A stretch of DNA of 64,000 nucleotides from an uncultured delta proteobacterium (lineage in GTDB: Bacteria > Desulfobacterota > Binatia > Binatales > Binataceae), in the NCBI GenBank assembly GCA_963711565.1, contig CAVQEQ010000003.1:1312001-1376000 (forward strand), read 5' to 3'. Of this stretch, positions 18,778-29,059 are shown one piece after another (the stretch's first letter is position 1; each line of letters begins with the position of its first letter). The notes beneath the pieces are model-generated. The model did not search any database. It saw only the letters and a list, made by a program, of their open reading frames with translations, and was not told the origin of the DNA. Position numbers and translations under genes: made by a program.

Positions 18778-18787
18778 CGTGGGCCGC

Positions 18788-19828
18788 CTATACTTTCGCG
18801 GCGCGCACCGACTTGATGACGCGCTCGACAATGTGCGCGGCGTCGATTCCGTCGGAGAGCGCGGCGTAGTTGAGCATTATGCGATGGGCCAGCGCGGCTA
18901 CCGCCACGTGCTCGATATCCTCACGCGCGATATTGGCGCGCCCGTCGAGCAGCGCGCGCACCTTGGCGCCGAGAATCAGCGCCTGCGCGCCGCGCGGGCT
19001 CGAACCGAACATCACGTAGCGATTGACCATCTCGTCGTGCACGGCCCTCGCTTCGTCGGTCACGAAGCGCGAGTTCTGGGGCTGCGTCGCACGCACCAGC
19101 CGCGCCGCATAGATTTCCATCGCGGGGGCAGCCATCACTTCGCGCACCAGGCGTTTGAGCGCCTCAATCTGCTCGGGCGCATCCGCGGCATGGAAGACCG
19201 GCTCGATGCCCGCGTCGTCGGGCCCGGTCGTCGATGAAATGATTCGCGTCAGTTCGCCTTCGTCGGGATAGTTCAGGCGCACTTTGAACAGGAAGCGATC
19301 GAGTTGCGCCTCGGGCAGCGGATAGGTGCCCTCCATCTCGATCGGATTCAGCGTCGCCATCACGAAGTACGGCGGCTTGAGGCGATAGGTGGTGCCCGAG
19401 ACGGTCACCTGCAACTCGGCCATCGCTTCGAGCAGCGCGGACTGCGTCTTCGGCGTCGCGCGATTGATCTCGTCGCCGAGCAGGATATGGCAGAACGCGG
19501 GCCCCGGCTGAAAGGTGAACTCGCGCCGACCGTCGTCGCCCGACAAAATCACGCGCGTGCCGGTTATGTCAGCCGGCATCAGATCGACCGTGAACTGAAT
19601 TCGATTGAAACTCAGATTGAGCGCCAGCCCCAGCGTCTTGACCAGCGTCGTTTTGCCGGTGCCGGGCACGCCCTCGATCAACACGTGGCCGCCCGCGAAC
19701 AGCGCCGACAGCAACTCCTCGACGGCATGTTCGTGCCCGATGATCATCTTGTGGATCTCGGCCTGGATACGCCGAAACGTCCGGGCGAAATCCGCCACCG
19801 TCGGCGTTTCCGCCTGCACCGCGCTCAT
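18788..19828 (-). CDS. moxR: MoxR-family AAA+ ATPase
   Basis: GVPGTGKT, RIQFTVDLMPADITG, DEINRATPKTQSALLE, EGTYPLPEAQLDRF. Confidence 0.95.
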   Translation of the reverse strand: MSAVQAETPTVADFARTFRRIQAEIHKMIIGHEHAVEELLSALFAGGHVLIEGVPGTGKTTLVKTLGLALNLSFNRIQFTVDLMPADITGTRVILSGDDGRREFTFQPGPAFCHILLGDEINRATPKTQSALLEAMAELQVTVSGTTYRLKPPYFVMATLNPIEMEGTYPLPEAQLDRFLFKVRLNYPDEGELTRIISSTTGPDDAGIEPVFHAADAPEQIEALKRLVREVMAAPAMEIYAARLVRATQPQNSRFVTDEARAVHDEMVNRYVMFGSSPRGAQALILGAKVRALLDGRANIAREDIEHVAVAALAHRIMLNYAALSDGIDAAHIVERVIKSVRAAKV

Positions 19829-21183
19829 CGTTCGAATACCTGCTTGATGGTGGATCGATCGTCGGCCGGCACCGCCGAGCGCGCCACCGGCTCGTCCGGC
19901 TCCTGGTCCAGGCTGAGCGGAGTGCGCACTTTGGGCGGGACGTAGGCGTGGCCGGCGCCCTTTGCGCCGCGATCGAGCGGCCGCGCTTCGATCGCAATCT
20001 CGAAGCCCTCGTTGCCGAGCTTCGACGCCGCGGGCGCGCCGAACAGGCTGTCAGGATCGGCCCCGATTCCGTGCGCCTCGCCGCCGTTGCTGCTGTTCTC
20101 GCCGCTTTGCTGGATACTGCGTTCGCTCGCGCTGTCGTCTTTATTGGGGTTGTCCTTGCCGGCGTCGGATTCCACGCCTGCGGAGCCGGTGCCGCCGGAC
20201 GAAGGCTCGGAATTGGGCTGGCGCGAATCGTCCTCCTTCGGCAGCTCGAGGTCGAGCTTGGACTTTGGCTGATCTTGTTTGAACTGTCCGGCGACGTCGC
20301 CGTGCCGATTCTTCTGCCCATCGGGCGCGCGATGAATTTCGTTTTGATCCTGATCGCCGCCCGCATCGGCCAGCCGCAGGTTGAGGCGCTGCTTCGAGGC
20401 CGCCTGCTGCCCGGTCAGTTTGTTTTGTAAATTTCCCGCCATGTCTCTCGCGCGATTCACCAGTTGATTCAGCGAACTCCCGGCGGCGTCGCCGCCCGCG
20501 GCATTCTCACGCGCCAGCTTGTCCTCGAGCCGCTGCATGGTCGCGGGATCGGCTGTGACCTGCATTCCCGATTCATCGCCCGGATCGGCGGCCCGCAGAT
20601 GCAGCTCGTCGAGATCGACCGTCAGGTCCTGCTGCCCGTTGCCCGCTGCGACTTGCGGCGCGTGCCTGATTTTTGAAATCGGAACCGCGAGCGCCGCCAG
20701 CACGAGCGCTCCAGCCAGCGGAAAGATCGCACGCGACACTCGGCGACGCTCGATCTTCGAGGTTGCGAATTCGTCGTCGTGGCCGAGAGTATCTTCGACC
20801 AGGTACGACCACAGCGGACCGCGGGGCTCGCTATGCGCAAGCGCAACGATCGTCGAGAGGCGCCCCTTCAGCTCGGCACGGTCGTCGGCAATCGCCGCGG
20901 CGCGGACGGCGCTGGTGCGCATTCGCCATCCGGCCGCGATAGCACTCGCGATGCCGCCGGCTGCAATGACGATGAGGACCGACCCGCCGATGAGGAAAGC
21001 GAACGGCGACACCAGGTAGGCGCCGGCAAAAATCGCCGCGCCGCATGCGATCGCAATCGCGAGCGTGTAGAAAAGCGCATGCTGCAACGCCAGCGAGTTG
21101 AGTCGCATACGAACGGAACCGACCCGGCCCAGGATTTGCCCGAGTTTCTCGTCCGCTCGCTTGTCTTGTAAGGGAAACGACAT
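19825..21183 (-). CDS. Membrane protein with disordered Q/D/G-rich C-terminus, first gene of the MoxR operon
   Basis: Three TM segments; terminal VPADDRSTIKQVF as often seen in MoxR-associated proteins; stop overlaps the moxR start. Confidence 0.75.
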   Translation of the reverse strand: MSFPLQDKRADEKLGQILGRVGSVRMRLNSLALQHALFYTLAIAIACGAAIFAGAYLVSPFAFLIGGSVLIVIAAGGIASAIAAGWRMRTSAVRAAAIADDRAELKGRLSTIVALAHSEPRGPLWSYLVEDTLGHDDEFATSKIERRRVSRAIFPLAGALVLAALAVPISKIRHAPQVAAGNGQQDLTVDLDELHLRAADPGDESGMQVTADPATMQRLEDKLARENAAGGDAAGSSLNQLVNRARDMAGNLQNKLTGQQAASKQRLNLRLADAGGDQDQNEIHRAPDGQKNRHGDVAGQFKQDQPKSKLDLELPKEDDSRQPNSEPSSGGTGSAGVESDAGKDNPNKDDSASERSIQQSGENSSNGGEAHGIGADPDSLFGAPAASKLGNEGFEIAIEARPLDRGAKGAGHAYVPPKVRTPLSLDQEPDEPVARSAVPADDRSTIKQVFER

Positions 21184-21290
21184 CAGAGGCGCCAAGCGCG
21201 TGGATCGAGAATAGTTTAGCCCCACAAGTCACGCAACGATGAATCTCCGACGTGAGCGCTGCCCCGGTCGATCAGACTCGCAAGAAATCT

Positions 21291-22187
21291 TCAGCGCGAT
21301 TCCTTGAGTCCGGCGTCGTCGGCCGCGCCCAAGGCGATCGCGCTCCAGTCCAGGTCGGCGCGCCCCTTGGCAATCGCCGAGACGAAGCGGTCGCGCAGCA
21401 GGCTCGCGGTCGGCATCGGCGCGTTCGCCGCCGTCGCGGCCTGCAGCACGAGGTCGATATCTTTCAGCCCAAGCGGCAGCCGAAATCCCGCGGGCGTGAA
21501 CCGCCCATGCGCGATTAGAGGCCCGTAGCCCTGATACACCGGCGCCGCAAAGATTGTTTTGGCGAACATGTCGAGCGCCGCCGCGGGATCGACCCCGCTC
21601 TTGCGCATCATCGCGACCGCCTCGCCCATCGCCTCGAGCGCCGCCGCGATCATGAAGTTGCCCGCGAGCTTCACCACGTTCGCCGCGCCGACGTTGTCGC
21701 CGAAGTCGAAGATTTCCGGTCCCATCGCTTCGAGGATCGGCTTCACCTTTGCCTTCGCATCAGCCGGACCCGAAACGCAAATCCGCAACTGCTTCGCCTG
21801 CGCCGCATTGGGCCGCCCGAACACCGGCGACGCCACCATCACACTCCCGTGCGACGCGTGATACGCGGCGAGCTCGCGCGTCGTCGCCGGCGACACCGTA
21901 CTCATCGAGAGATGAATCCCGTCCGGCGCAAGATGCTCGGCGAGCGCATCCTCGCCCGTCACCAGCGCCTCGAGCGAGGCGTCATCGGCGAGCATCGAGA
22001 CGACGACCCCGCCCGGATGCGCGACGTCGCCCGCGCGCGCCGCGCGATGCGCCCCCTTCGCGACGAGCGGCTCAGCCTTCGACGCGGTGCGATTGTAAAC
22101 CGTCAGATGGAATCCCGCCGCGAGCAGGTTCGCCGCCATCGGCAGCCCCATCGCGCCCAGCCCGACGAATCCGATTTTTTGTGTCAT
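21291..22187 (-). CDS. 3-hydroxyisobutyrate/6-phosphogluconate dehydrogenase family oxidoreductase
   Basis: GFVGLGAMG, ASPVFG, KLAGN, LGLKD. Confidence 0.92.
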   Translation of the reverse strand: MTQKIGFVGLGAMGLPMAANLLAAGFHLTVYNRTASKAEPLVAKGAHRAARAGDVAHPGGVVVSMLADDASLEALVTGEDALAEHLAPDGIHLSMSTVSPATTRELAAYHASHGSVMVASPVFGRPNAAQAKQLRICVSGPADAKAKVKPILEAMGPEIFDFGDNVGAANVVKLAGNFMIAAALEAMGEAVAMMRKSGVDPAAALDMFAKTIFAAPVYQGYGPLIAHGRFTPAGFRLPLGLKDIDLVLQAATAANAPMPTASLLRDRFVSAIAKGRADLDWSAIALGAADDAGLKESR

Positions 22188-22252
22188 GGATTTCAGGCTA
22201 ACACGAGGCCCATCTGTGGCAATGAATTTTCGAGCGTTCGATTACGCCACTC

Positions 22253-22981
22253 TTAGCGCGAGTGGACGACGCCGATACGCGGGCACACCGCCGCGATTTT
22301 GCATCGCGAGCACCACGGCAACGTCGGATTGCAAATCGTCTGCCCGAATGCGACCAGGATTCCGTTGTACTCGAGCCAATGCCGCGCCGGCAGCACTGCC
22401 CGCAGCGCAATTTCGGTCTTGTCCGGCGTCCTGGTGCGCACGAGGCCCCATCGATTCGAGATGCGATGCACATGAGTATCGACGCAGATGCCCGGCTTGC
22501 CGTACGCCTCGGTCACGACCAGGTTCGCGGTCTTACGGCCGACGCCCTTGAGCGTGAGCAGCGCGTCGATCTCGTCGGGCACGCGTCCGTCGAATTTGTC
22601 GATAAGGTCGCGGCAGATACCGCGGATGACGCGCGCCTTGGTGCGATAGAACCCCACCGGATAGATGAGGCGCTCGAGCGTCTTCGCTGACAGCGCGAGT
22701 GTCGCCTCGGGAGTATGCGCTTTTTCGAACAATCGAAGCGACGCCGCCGCGGTCGTCGCGTCCTTGGTGCGCAGACTCAGGATGCACGAAATCAGAGTGC
22801 GAAACGGATCGCGATGCTGCACCGCGATGAAGCCCACGATCGGCGCGTTCCACGACGGCGCCTCGCGCCTGAGCACGCGCAACACACGGCTGACCCCGCG
22901 CGCATCAAGCGGCGCACGACGCGCGGTTTCAATTTTCTTGTGCGACGTAATTCGCGGGTTCATCGAGCCGGTCTCAGCCAC
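22253..22981 (-). CDS. nth: Endonuclease III
   Basis: HhH LKGVGRKTA, VDTHVHR, Fe-S motif C-x6-C-x2-C-x5-C. Confidence 0.93.
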   Translation of the reverse strand: MAETGSMNPRITSHKKIETARRAPLDARGVSRVLRVLRREAPSWNAPIVGFIAVQHRDPFRTLISCILSLRTKDATTAAASLRLFEKAHTPEATLALSAKTLERLIYPVGFYRTKARVIRGICRDLIDKFDGRVPDEIDALLTLKGVGRKTANLVVTEAYGKPGICVDTHVHRISNRWGLVRTRTPDKTEIALRAVLPARHWLEYNGILVAFGQTICNPTLPWCSRCKIAAVCPRIGVVHSR

Positions 22982-23002
22982 GCGGTTCGTGCGCGCTGTC
23001 TC

Positions 23003-23302
23003 TCAGGCTGCCCGCTGCGACTTAATCCGCTTCACCGCGTCGGGCCTGAGATTCTTGCGCGCCAGTTTAAGATCGTAGTGCGTTTGCAGATTCAGCCAGA
23101 ACTCCGGACTGTTTCCAAAATACAATCCCAAGCGCAGCGCCGTATCGGCAGTTATTCGGCGGCGGTTGTTCACGATCTCAGCGATCCGGTTCGGAGAAAT
23201 ACCGATGGCCTTGGCAAGCTGGTTCTGCGACAGCTTGTATTCGACCAGGAACTCCTCCTTGAGCATCTCGCCTGGAGTGACCGGTGCAAATTCATCCTTC
23301 AT
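23003..23302 (-). CDS. higA: HigA-family antitoxin
   Basis: TPGEMLKEEFL, RITADTALRL, SPEFWLNLQ; GGAG RBS. Confidence 0.9.
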   Translation of the reverse strand: MKDEFAPVTPGEMLKEEFLVEYKLSQNQLAKAIGISPNRIAEIVNNRRRITADTALRLGLYFGNSPEFWLNLQTHYDLKLARKNLRPDAVKRIKSQRAA

Positions 23303-23518
23303 CGAAACTCTCCTAGTGGTAGTCACGGTACTCGGTCAACTTACGCGATTTTAGCCGAAGACGTCCGCCGCCCCACCCCTTCGGGTCGCCCGCTCAATAA
23401 AGGGCTGCGCCGAGCATGCAGCATGTTAGCTTTACTCTTTCAAAGTCTGCTATTTGAGGTTGTGGCCTCATGCTTTTCGCCGCCGTATCATATTAGGCGG
23501 CACCGAGGGAGAATCGCT

Positions 23519-23953
23519 ATGAAAAGCACCAAGTTGATTGCTACCGCGACGTTCGCGGTCATAGTGCTCGCGTTTGCTGGTAGCGTTCGCGCCGGCGGGA
23601 AAGGCGGCGGCGGACACGGGGCCTCTGCGCACGCCGCGGGCCACACTGGTTCCCGCAATGGCATGGGAAATCGGTGGGGAAAGGGCTACAGACGTGGCCT
23701 GGTCAATAGCTCCTTCGGATCTTCCTATTACGGATACGGCGGTTACGGCGGCTACGGGAATGAGATCGTCGAGAACGACGATGAAGCCGACTGGTCCGAA
23801 CAATGGGCATCGATATACGAAGATAACGACGGCCCCTACGCGAGATCCACCCGCGAAACCTCATCCGGCCCAGCGCGCATGTGGGTATTTACGGACAAAG
23901 ACGGGGACACGACTACCTCAAGCTCTCCAAATACCTCAAGCTGTGGAAAATAG
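23519..23953 (+). CDS. Secreted Gly/Tyr-rich hypothetical protein
   Basis: GAGGGAG RBS; signal peptide MKSTKLIATATFAVIVLAFAGSVRA; GGKGGGG and YYGYGGYGGY stretches. Confidence 0.7.
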   Translation: MKSTKLIATATFAVIVLAFAGSVRAGGKGGGGHGASAHAAGHTGSRNGMGNRWGKGYRRGLVNSSFGSSYYGYGGYGGYGNEIVENDDEADWSEQWASIYEDNDGPYARSTRETSSGPARMWVFTDKDGDTTTSSSPNTSSCGK

Positions 23954-24051
23954 CGGCGGCTAGATATTCGCGACCCTGATGCTCGCGCCGCAATGCGCCG
24001 GCTAAGCGCTTCACCTTAGACTCTCGACTGGTTGACGCCGCGCCTGCGACC

Positions 24052-25554
24052 GTGTTCCTTCAAGGCGTGATCGAAGCCTTCATTGCACGGGTGCGTTTGC
24101 GCGTCGCGATTGCCGCCACCTCGATGCTCGCCTGCCTCGCGATCGCCGGTTCCGCTTTCGCCGCATCACCTACGCCCAACCTTCTGCCGGCTGAGTCGCG
24201 GGGAGTGTCGCAGGCGCCGCCGCCTCAACCGATTAATTGGGACCGCGTCACGCAGGAAGCGACCGACCTGCTGTCCAGGTACATCCAGATCAACACCACC
24301 AACCCACCCGGCAACGAGCTCGACGCGGCGCGGATGCTCAAGGAGAAATTTCTCACCGACGGCATTCCCGCTACGACTTGGGAGCCGCAGAAGGGACGCG
24401 GGATCGTCGCGGCGCGCTTGCGCGGTATCGGCAAGCATACCAAGTCCATCATCCTGCTGAGTCACATGGACGTGGTGCCAGCCAATCCGAAGGAATGGCA
24501 GGTCCCGCCGTTCTCGGGCCTCGTCAAGAATGGGCAAATCTGGGGACGCGGCGCGATCGACGACAAGGGCCCCGGCGTCATCGAGCTGATGGCGATGCTC
24601 GCGATCAAGCGCGCGGGCATCCTGCTCAATCGCGACGTTTTGTTCATTGCCACCGGCGACGAGGAAGAAGGCGGCAAGAACGGCGCGGGATGGTTTGTCG
24701 ATCATGAGGCCAGCGTCTTCTCCGACGCCGGTTACCTGCTAAACGAAGGCGGCGGGATTAGCCCGCTGGCCGACAACAAGCGAAAAGTTTACGTGGTGTC
24801 CGTTACCGAGAAGACGCCGCTGTGGCTCCGGCTCACCGCCAGCGGCCCCGCCGGGCACGCATCCGATCCGCCGTCGGAAACCGCGGTCACGCGGCTGGTG
24901 CGCGCGCTGGACAAGTTGAGCGAGTACAAAACGCCGATCCACGTGATCGGGCCGGTGCAGGATTACTATCATACGATGGCCGAGCTCGATCACGGTCCCA
25001 AACAGCAGCTCGATCTCAGCACCGCGCTGAAGGATCCCGAATATCAGAATAAGTTTCTTGCCGATCCGAGTCAGAATGCTGCCGTGCGCGATACGATTAC
25101 GCCCACGGTGCTGTCCGCCAGCCAGAAGACCAACGTGATTTCCGAGACGGCGTACGCCGAAATCGATTGCCGGCTGCTGCCGGGCAGCGATCCCAAGACG
25201 GTCACGAGCGACATCAAGAAAGTGATCGGCGATGACACGATCAAGGTCGATGTGCTCCTGAACTTTCCGCCGATCTCGTCGCCCTCGCGCTCGCCCCTGA
25301 TGACCTCGATTGATACGCTGGCGCGGGAGCACGATCAGGCCAGCGTGGTGCCGTCGATGATCATCGAATTCACCGACAGCCACTACTTCCGCCAGAAAAA
25401 GATCGTCTCTTATGGTTTCATCCCGATCGAAGTTCTCCCCGCCGAGGGAAAAGGCATTCACGGCATCAACGAACGCATCGGCGTGAAGGAACTCGCCGAC
25501 GGAATTCAGCGGATGGTAGAGTTGCTCAAGAATTTCGGGGCCAGAATTAGGTGA
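24052..25554 (+). CDS. M20/M25/M40 family metallopeptidase, exported
   Basis: LLSHMDVV, GRGAIDDKG, GDEE, NEGG, TDSHYFR, IHGINE; signal peptide. Start uncertain. Confidence 0.9.
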   Translation: MFLQGVIEAFIARVRLRVAIAATSMLACLAIAGSAFAASPTPNLLPAESRGVSQAPPPQPINWDRVTQEATDLLSRYIQINTTNPPGNELDAARMLKEKFLTDGIPATTWEPQKGRGIVAARLRGIGKHTKSIILLSHMDVVPANPKEWQVPPFSGLVKNGQIWGRGAIDDKGPGVIELMAMLAIKRAGILLNRDVLFIATGDEEEGGKNGAGWFVDHEASVFSDAGYLLNEGGGISPLADNKRKVYVVSVTEKTPLWLRLTASGPAGHASDPPSETAVTRLVRALDKLSEYKTPIHVIGPVQDYYHTMAELDHGPKQQLDLSTALKDPEYQNKFLADPSQNAAVRDTITPTVLSASQKTNVISETAYAEIDCRLLPGSDPKTVTSDIKKVIGDDTIKVDVLLNFPPISSPSRSPLMTSIDTLAREHDQASVVPSMIIEFTDSHYFRQKKIVSYGFIPIEVLPAEGKGIHGINERIGVKELADGIQRMVELLKNFGARIR

Positions 25555-25558
25555 TGCG

Positions 25559-26758
25559 ATGATTCGAGCCGGGGTCGGTCATTCGACCGCGCGCAATCCG
25601 CGCAACGCCGCTGCCGAGGCCACCGCCGCCGCGCTCGCGCAGGCGGGGATTAGCCGCGCAGTGGGCGCGCTATGCTTCGCGACTCCGGCCTACGGCGCCG
25701 CGTATCCGATGATCCTGCGCGCGGTGGCTTCCGAAGCAGGCACGCGCGAAGTCGCGGGATGCTCGAGCATGGGCGTCATCGCGGGCGAGACCGAAATCGA
25801 ATCCGGCCACGCGCTCGCTGTGCTGGTGTTCGGCGGCAACGAAAACGAGATCCGCGCAACGCGATTCTTCGTGCCGACGCTTCGCGGCCGTGCCGCAGGT
25901 GTCGCGGCTGACGTGGCAGCCGCCGTGCGTCCGCAGCTCGACAAAACGAACCTGCTGATTCTCTTTGCCGATACGTACAACTTCGAAGCCGAAGCGACGC
26001 TCGAAGCTCTCGGCGCTGAATTGCCCAGCGTGACGATCGCCGGCGGCGGTGCGAGCGAGGACGGCTCGATTGGCGAGACGTTCGTTTTCTGCGGCGACAC
26101 AATCAGCTCGAACGCCGTTTCCGGGATGCTGTTGTCGGGAGACTTCGAGCTGACTCTTGCGAACACGATCGCATGCGGCCTGATCGGCGCGGCGCATCGC
26201 GTGACCGCCGCGCGCGACAATATCCTGATCGAACTCGACGGGCGCCCCGCATACGAAGTCTTCGCCGAGGCCGCCGGCCCCCTTGCCGCAGATCTGCGCC
26301 GCGCGCTGACGTACGTCTTCGTCGCAATTCCAGCATACGAGAATGCGCCAACGATCGAGCGCGGACAATTCGTCGTGCGCAATATCGTCGGCGCCAGCGA
26401 AGAGCACGGCGTAATCGCGGTCGCATTCCAGCCCAAAGTCGGCGACACACTTGGGTTTGTGCTGCGCGACGCCGAGCGCTCGCGCCAGGACTTGAAGGCG
26501 ACGCTCGACGACTTGAATGATCGCCTCGACCCCCAGGCGCCGCCCGCGTTCGGCTTGTACTTCGATTGCGTCTCGCGCGGCGCCGGCCTCTACAACATTC
26601 CGGGCCACGACTCCGCCTACATCAGGCGCGCGCTGGGCCCCGTTCCGATCGCCGGCTTCTTCACCGGTTTCGAAATCGGCCCGTTGGCCGAGCAAACCTC
26701 GCTGCTGCAGTACTCAGGCGTCCTCGCGCTGATCTCGGAGAGAAAATTGCAGAGTTAA
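25559..26758 (+). CDS. Stand-alone FIST (FIST_N + FIST_C) protein
   Basis: GCS..GVI, IAGGGAS, ELDGRPA, FDCVSRG, AGFFTGFEIG. Confidence 0.88.
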   Translation: MIRAGVGHSTARNPRNAAAEATAAALAQAGISRAVGALCFATPAYGAAYPMILRAVASEAGTREVAGCSSMGVIAGETEIESGHALAVLVFGGNENEIRATRFFVPTLRGRAAGVAADVAAAVRPQLDKTNLLILFADTYNFEAEATLEALGAELPSVTIAGGGASEDGSIGETFVFCGDTISSNAVSGMLLSGDFELTLANTIACGLIGAAHRVTAARDNILIELDGRPAYEVFAEAAGPLAADLRRALTYVFVAIPAYENAPTIERGQFVVRNIVGASEEHGVIAVAFQPKVGDTLGFVLRDAERSRQDLKATLDDLNDRLDPQAPPAFGLYFDCVSRGAGLYNIPGHDSAYIRRALGPVPIAGFFTGFEIGPLAEQTSLLQYSGVLALISERKLQS

Positions 26759-26782
26759 CACGGCTCGCCCGTCTTTCCGATT

Positions 26783-26967
26783 CCCTCCCCCGTCCTTTTT
26801 CTGATCCCCTCCCCCGTTCGCGGGGGGAGGGTTAGGGTGGGGGACAATATGGCGCGCGATTGTCCGGTGCGCGCCATATTCTGTCGCTGCGGCGAAATTT
26901 GAACTTAAGGTCCCCCACCCGACGCTCGATGACGAGCGTCGGCCTCCCCCCATGAATGGGGGAGGCG
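26783..26967. repeat. C/G-run palindromic repeat cluster (family C)
   Basis: CCCTCCCCCG-TTCG-CGGGGGAGGG and CCTCCCCCAT-GA-ATGGGGGAGG hairpins, plus GGTGGGGGAC/GTCCCCCACC, between convergent genes. Confidence 0.75.
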
Positions 26968-26971
26968 AAGA

Positions 26972-27745
26972 TCATCGCAGTTTGCGCGTCACCAGCATCG
27001 CGATTCGGTATGTGAAATACATCTCACCGTCGATTCTGACCGGACGCGCGCCGCTCAGATCTTCGACCGCGTCCCGCTCGACCATCGCAACCGCCTTCGC
27101 CGCGCGCTCCGGCGACGTATGCGCCGCCTTGATCCATTGCGAGACGGGAGTGCGATAGCCGTGCGACCTAAACCGTACTATCTCGAGGCCCGCCGCGCCC
27201 ATCATCCGGACCAGTTCGCTGATCGCGAGCGCACTCGTATGCGACGTGTCGCGCAACCGCTCGAACTCGTTGTAGTACGCCGCGCGCTCGGGCTGCTCGC
27301 TGGCAATCAAATCCTCGATCGCCACCAGCCCGTCAGCGCGGCACACGCGCGCCATCTCGGCGATCACCCTTTCCGGCGCCGCGAAATGATGCACCGCGAA
27401 GCGGCACAGGACGACATCGAATTCGCCGTCCTTGAACGGCAGCCTCGACTCCACATCGCCCTTCGTGAAGCTGACGTTGGCAAGTCCACGTTCCGCGCGC
27501 ATCTTCTCCGCAATCTTGAGCGGCGCGTCGGTCAGGTCGATGCCGACGACTTCGCGGCAGACCTGTGCAAACGCCATCGCGACATGCCCCGGTCCCGTCG
27601 CGACTTCCAGCACGCGCGCATCGGCGGGCGGCGCGACAATCTCGACCAGCTTGCGCAGATGCTCGGCGTCACGAATCGCGGGCGCAGTCGCGTAGTCGTT
27701 CGCCTGCCGGGTGAATTCTTCGCGGACGAGATCTTTGTGTTCCAT
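26972..27745 (-). CDS. Class I SAM-dependent methyltransferase (UbiE-like)
   Basis: VLEVATGPG, GIDLT, LPFKDGEFDVV, EMARV. Alternative start at 27763. Confidence 0.88.
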   Translation of the reverse strand: MEHKDLVREEFTRQANDYATAPAIRDAEHLRKLVEIVAPPADARVLEVATGPGHVAMAFAQVCREVVGIDLTDAPLKIAEKMRAERGLANVSFTKGDVESRLPFKDGEFDVVLCRFAVHHFAAPERVIAEMARVCRADGLVAIEDLIASEQPERAAYYNEFERLRDTSHTSALAISELVRMMGAAGLEIVRFRSHGYRTPVSQWIKAAHTSPERAAKAVAMVERDAVEDLSGARPVRIDGEMYFTYRIAMLVTRKLR

Positions 27746-27908
27746 ATTTCCCAAGTCGTCCATTGTCGCCGTTCCGGCGAGCGAATCAAGCGCGCAACCG
27801 CATCCTCCCGGCGCTTGCGCGGCTGAAAGCCTTAATGGTACCTGAAACATGGATCTGAGCGGTTTCAAGCCGCAGGATTCCCCATCGAGAAAACGGAGGA
27901 TTGCCAAG

Positions 27909-29036
27909 TTGGATTTCGGATTTTCTGAAGAACAAGAGATGCTTCGGGACGCGGCCAAGCGCTTTCTGGCCGACAACTGCCCGACCAAGTTTGTCCGCCA
28001 GATGATGGCGGACCCGACCGCGCACGACGCCGCTTTCTGGAAAAAGCTGGTCGAACTCGGATGGCCCGGCCTGCTCATCCCCGAAAGTTACGGCGGGCAG
28101 GGCGGCAGCTTCCTCGACATGACGGTGATCGTCGAAGAAGCCGGCAAGGCACTCGTGCCGGGGCCCTTCTTCACTTCCGCACTGCTCGCGGCGCCGCTCC
28201 TGATAGAAGGCGGCTCGGATCAGCAGAAGAAAGATCTGCTCCCGCGCATGGCGAAGGGCGAGTTTATCGGTACTGTCGCAATTGCCGAGGCTGCGGGCCG
28301 GTTCGACGCCGATGGAATCCAGCTCAAGGCGACCAAGTCCGGCAACGAATACACGATCACCGGCGAGAAGTTTTTCGTGCCCGACGCGCACGTTGCCAAC
28401 GGGATGGCGGTTGCGGTCCGCACCGGCGGCAGCGGCGAAAAAGGAATTACGATCCTCGCGATGAACGCCAAGGCGCCCGGCATCACGATCACTCAGCTCA
28501 AGACCGTCGATATGACGCGGCGGCTGTGCCACGTGAAGTTCGACAATGTGAAAACTTCCGAACTCGTCGGCAAGGAAGGCGAGGGATGGCCGATTCTGCG
28601 GCGCACGCTCGACATCGCGACTGCGGGGCTCGCGGCCGAGATGGTCGGGACGGCACAGCGCGCGCTCGACATGTCGGTTGACTACGCTAAGACGCGCGTG
28701 CAATTCGGCAAGCCGATCGGTTCGTTCCAGGCCGTCAAGCACAAGTGCGTCGACATGATGGTCGCGGTCGAGAACGCGCGCTCGCTGACCTACTACGCAT
28801 GCTGGACCGTCGATACCAAGGGCGCGGAAGCGGCGACCGCGGTGCCGATGGCGAAAGCGTACGCATCGGACATGGCGAAGAACGTGACGTCCGAGGCAAT
28901 CCAGGTTCACGGCGGCATCGGCTTCACCTGGGAGCACGACATGCACCTCTTTCACAGGCGCGCACTAGCCGGCGAAGCCAACTTCGGCAACGCCCCGGTA
29001 CATCGCGAGACCGTGGCAAAGTCGCTGCTCGGCTGA
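27909..29036 (+). CDS. Acyl-CoA dehydrogenase family protein
   Basis: GGAGGA RBS + TTG; DFGFSEEQEMLR, RVQFGKPIGSFQAVKH, QVHGGIGFTWEH. Confidence 0.93.
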   Translation: MDFGFSEEQEMLRDAAKRFLADNCPTKFVRQMMADPTAHDAAFWKKLVELGWPGLLIPESYGGQGGSFLDMTVIVEEAGKALVPGPFFTSALLAAPLLIEGGSDQQKKDLLPRMAKGEFIGTVAIAEAAGRFDADGIQLKATKSGNEYTITGEKFFVPDAHVANGMAVAVRTGGSGEKGITILAMNAKAPGITITQLKTVDMTRRLCHVKFDNVKTSELVGKEGEGWPILRRTLDIATAGLAAEMVGTAQRALDMSVDYAKTRVQFGKPIGSFQAVKHKCVDMMVAVENARSLTYYACWTVDTKGAEAATAVPMAKAYASDMAKNVTSEAIQVHGGIGFTWEHDMHLFHRRALAGEANFGNAPVHRETVAKSLLG

Positions 29037-29059
29037 TCGCGATTAGTTAGGATTGACGG

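Noticed and set aside
22715-23518. 412-aa ORF 22715..23953 as one gene
   Set aside because: The 5' part is antisense to nth and higA; the RBS and signal peptide place the start at 23519.
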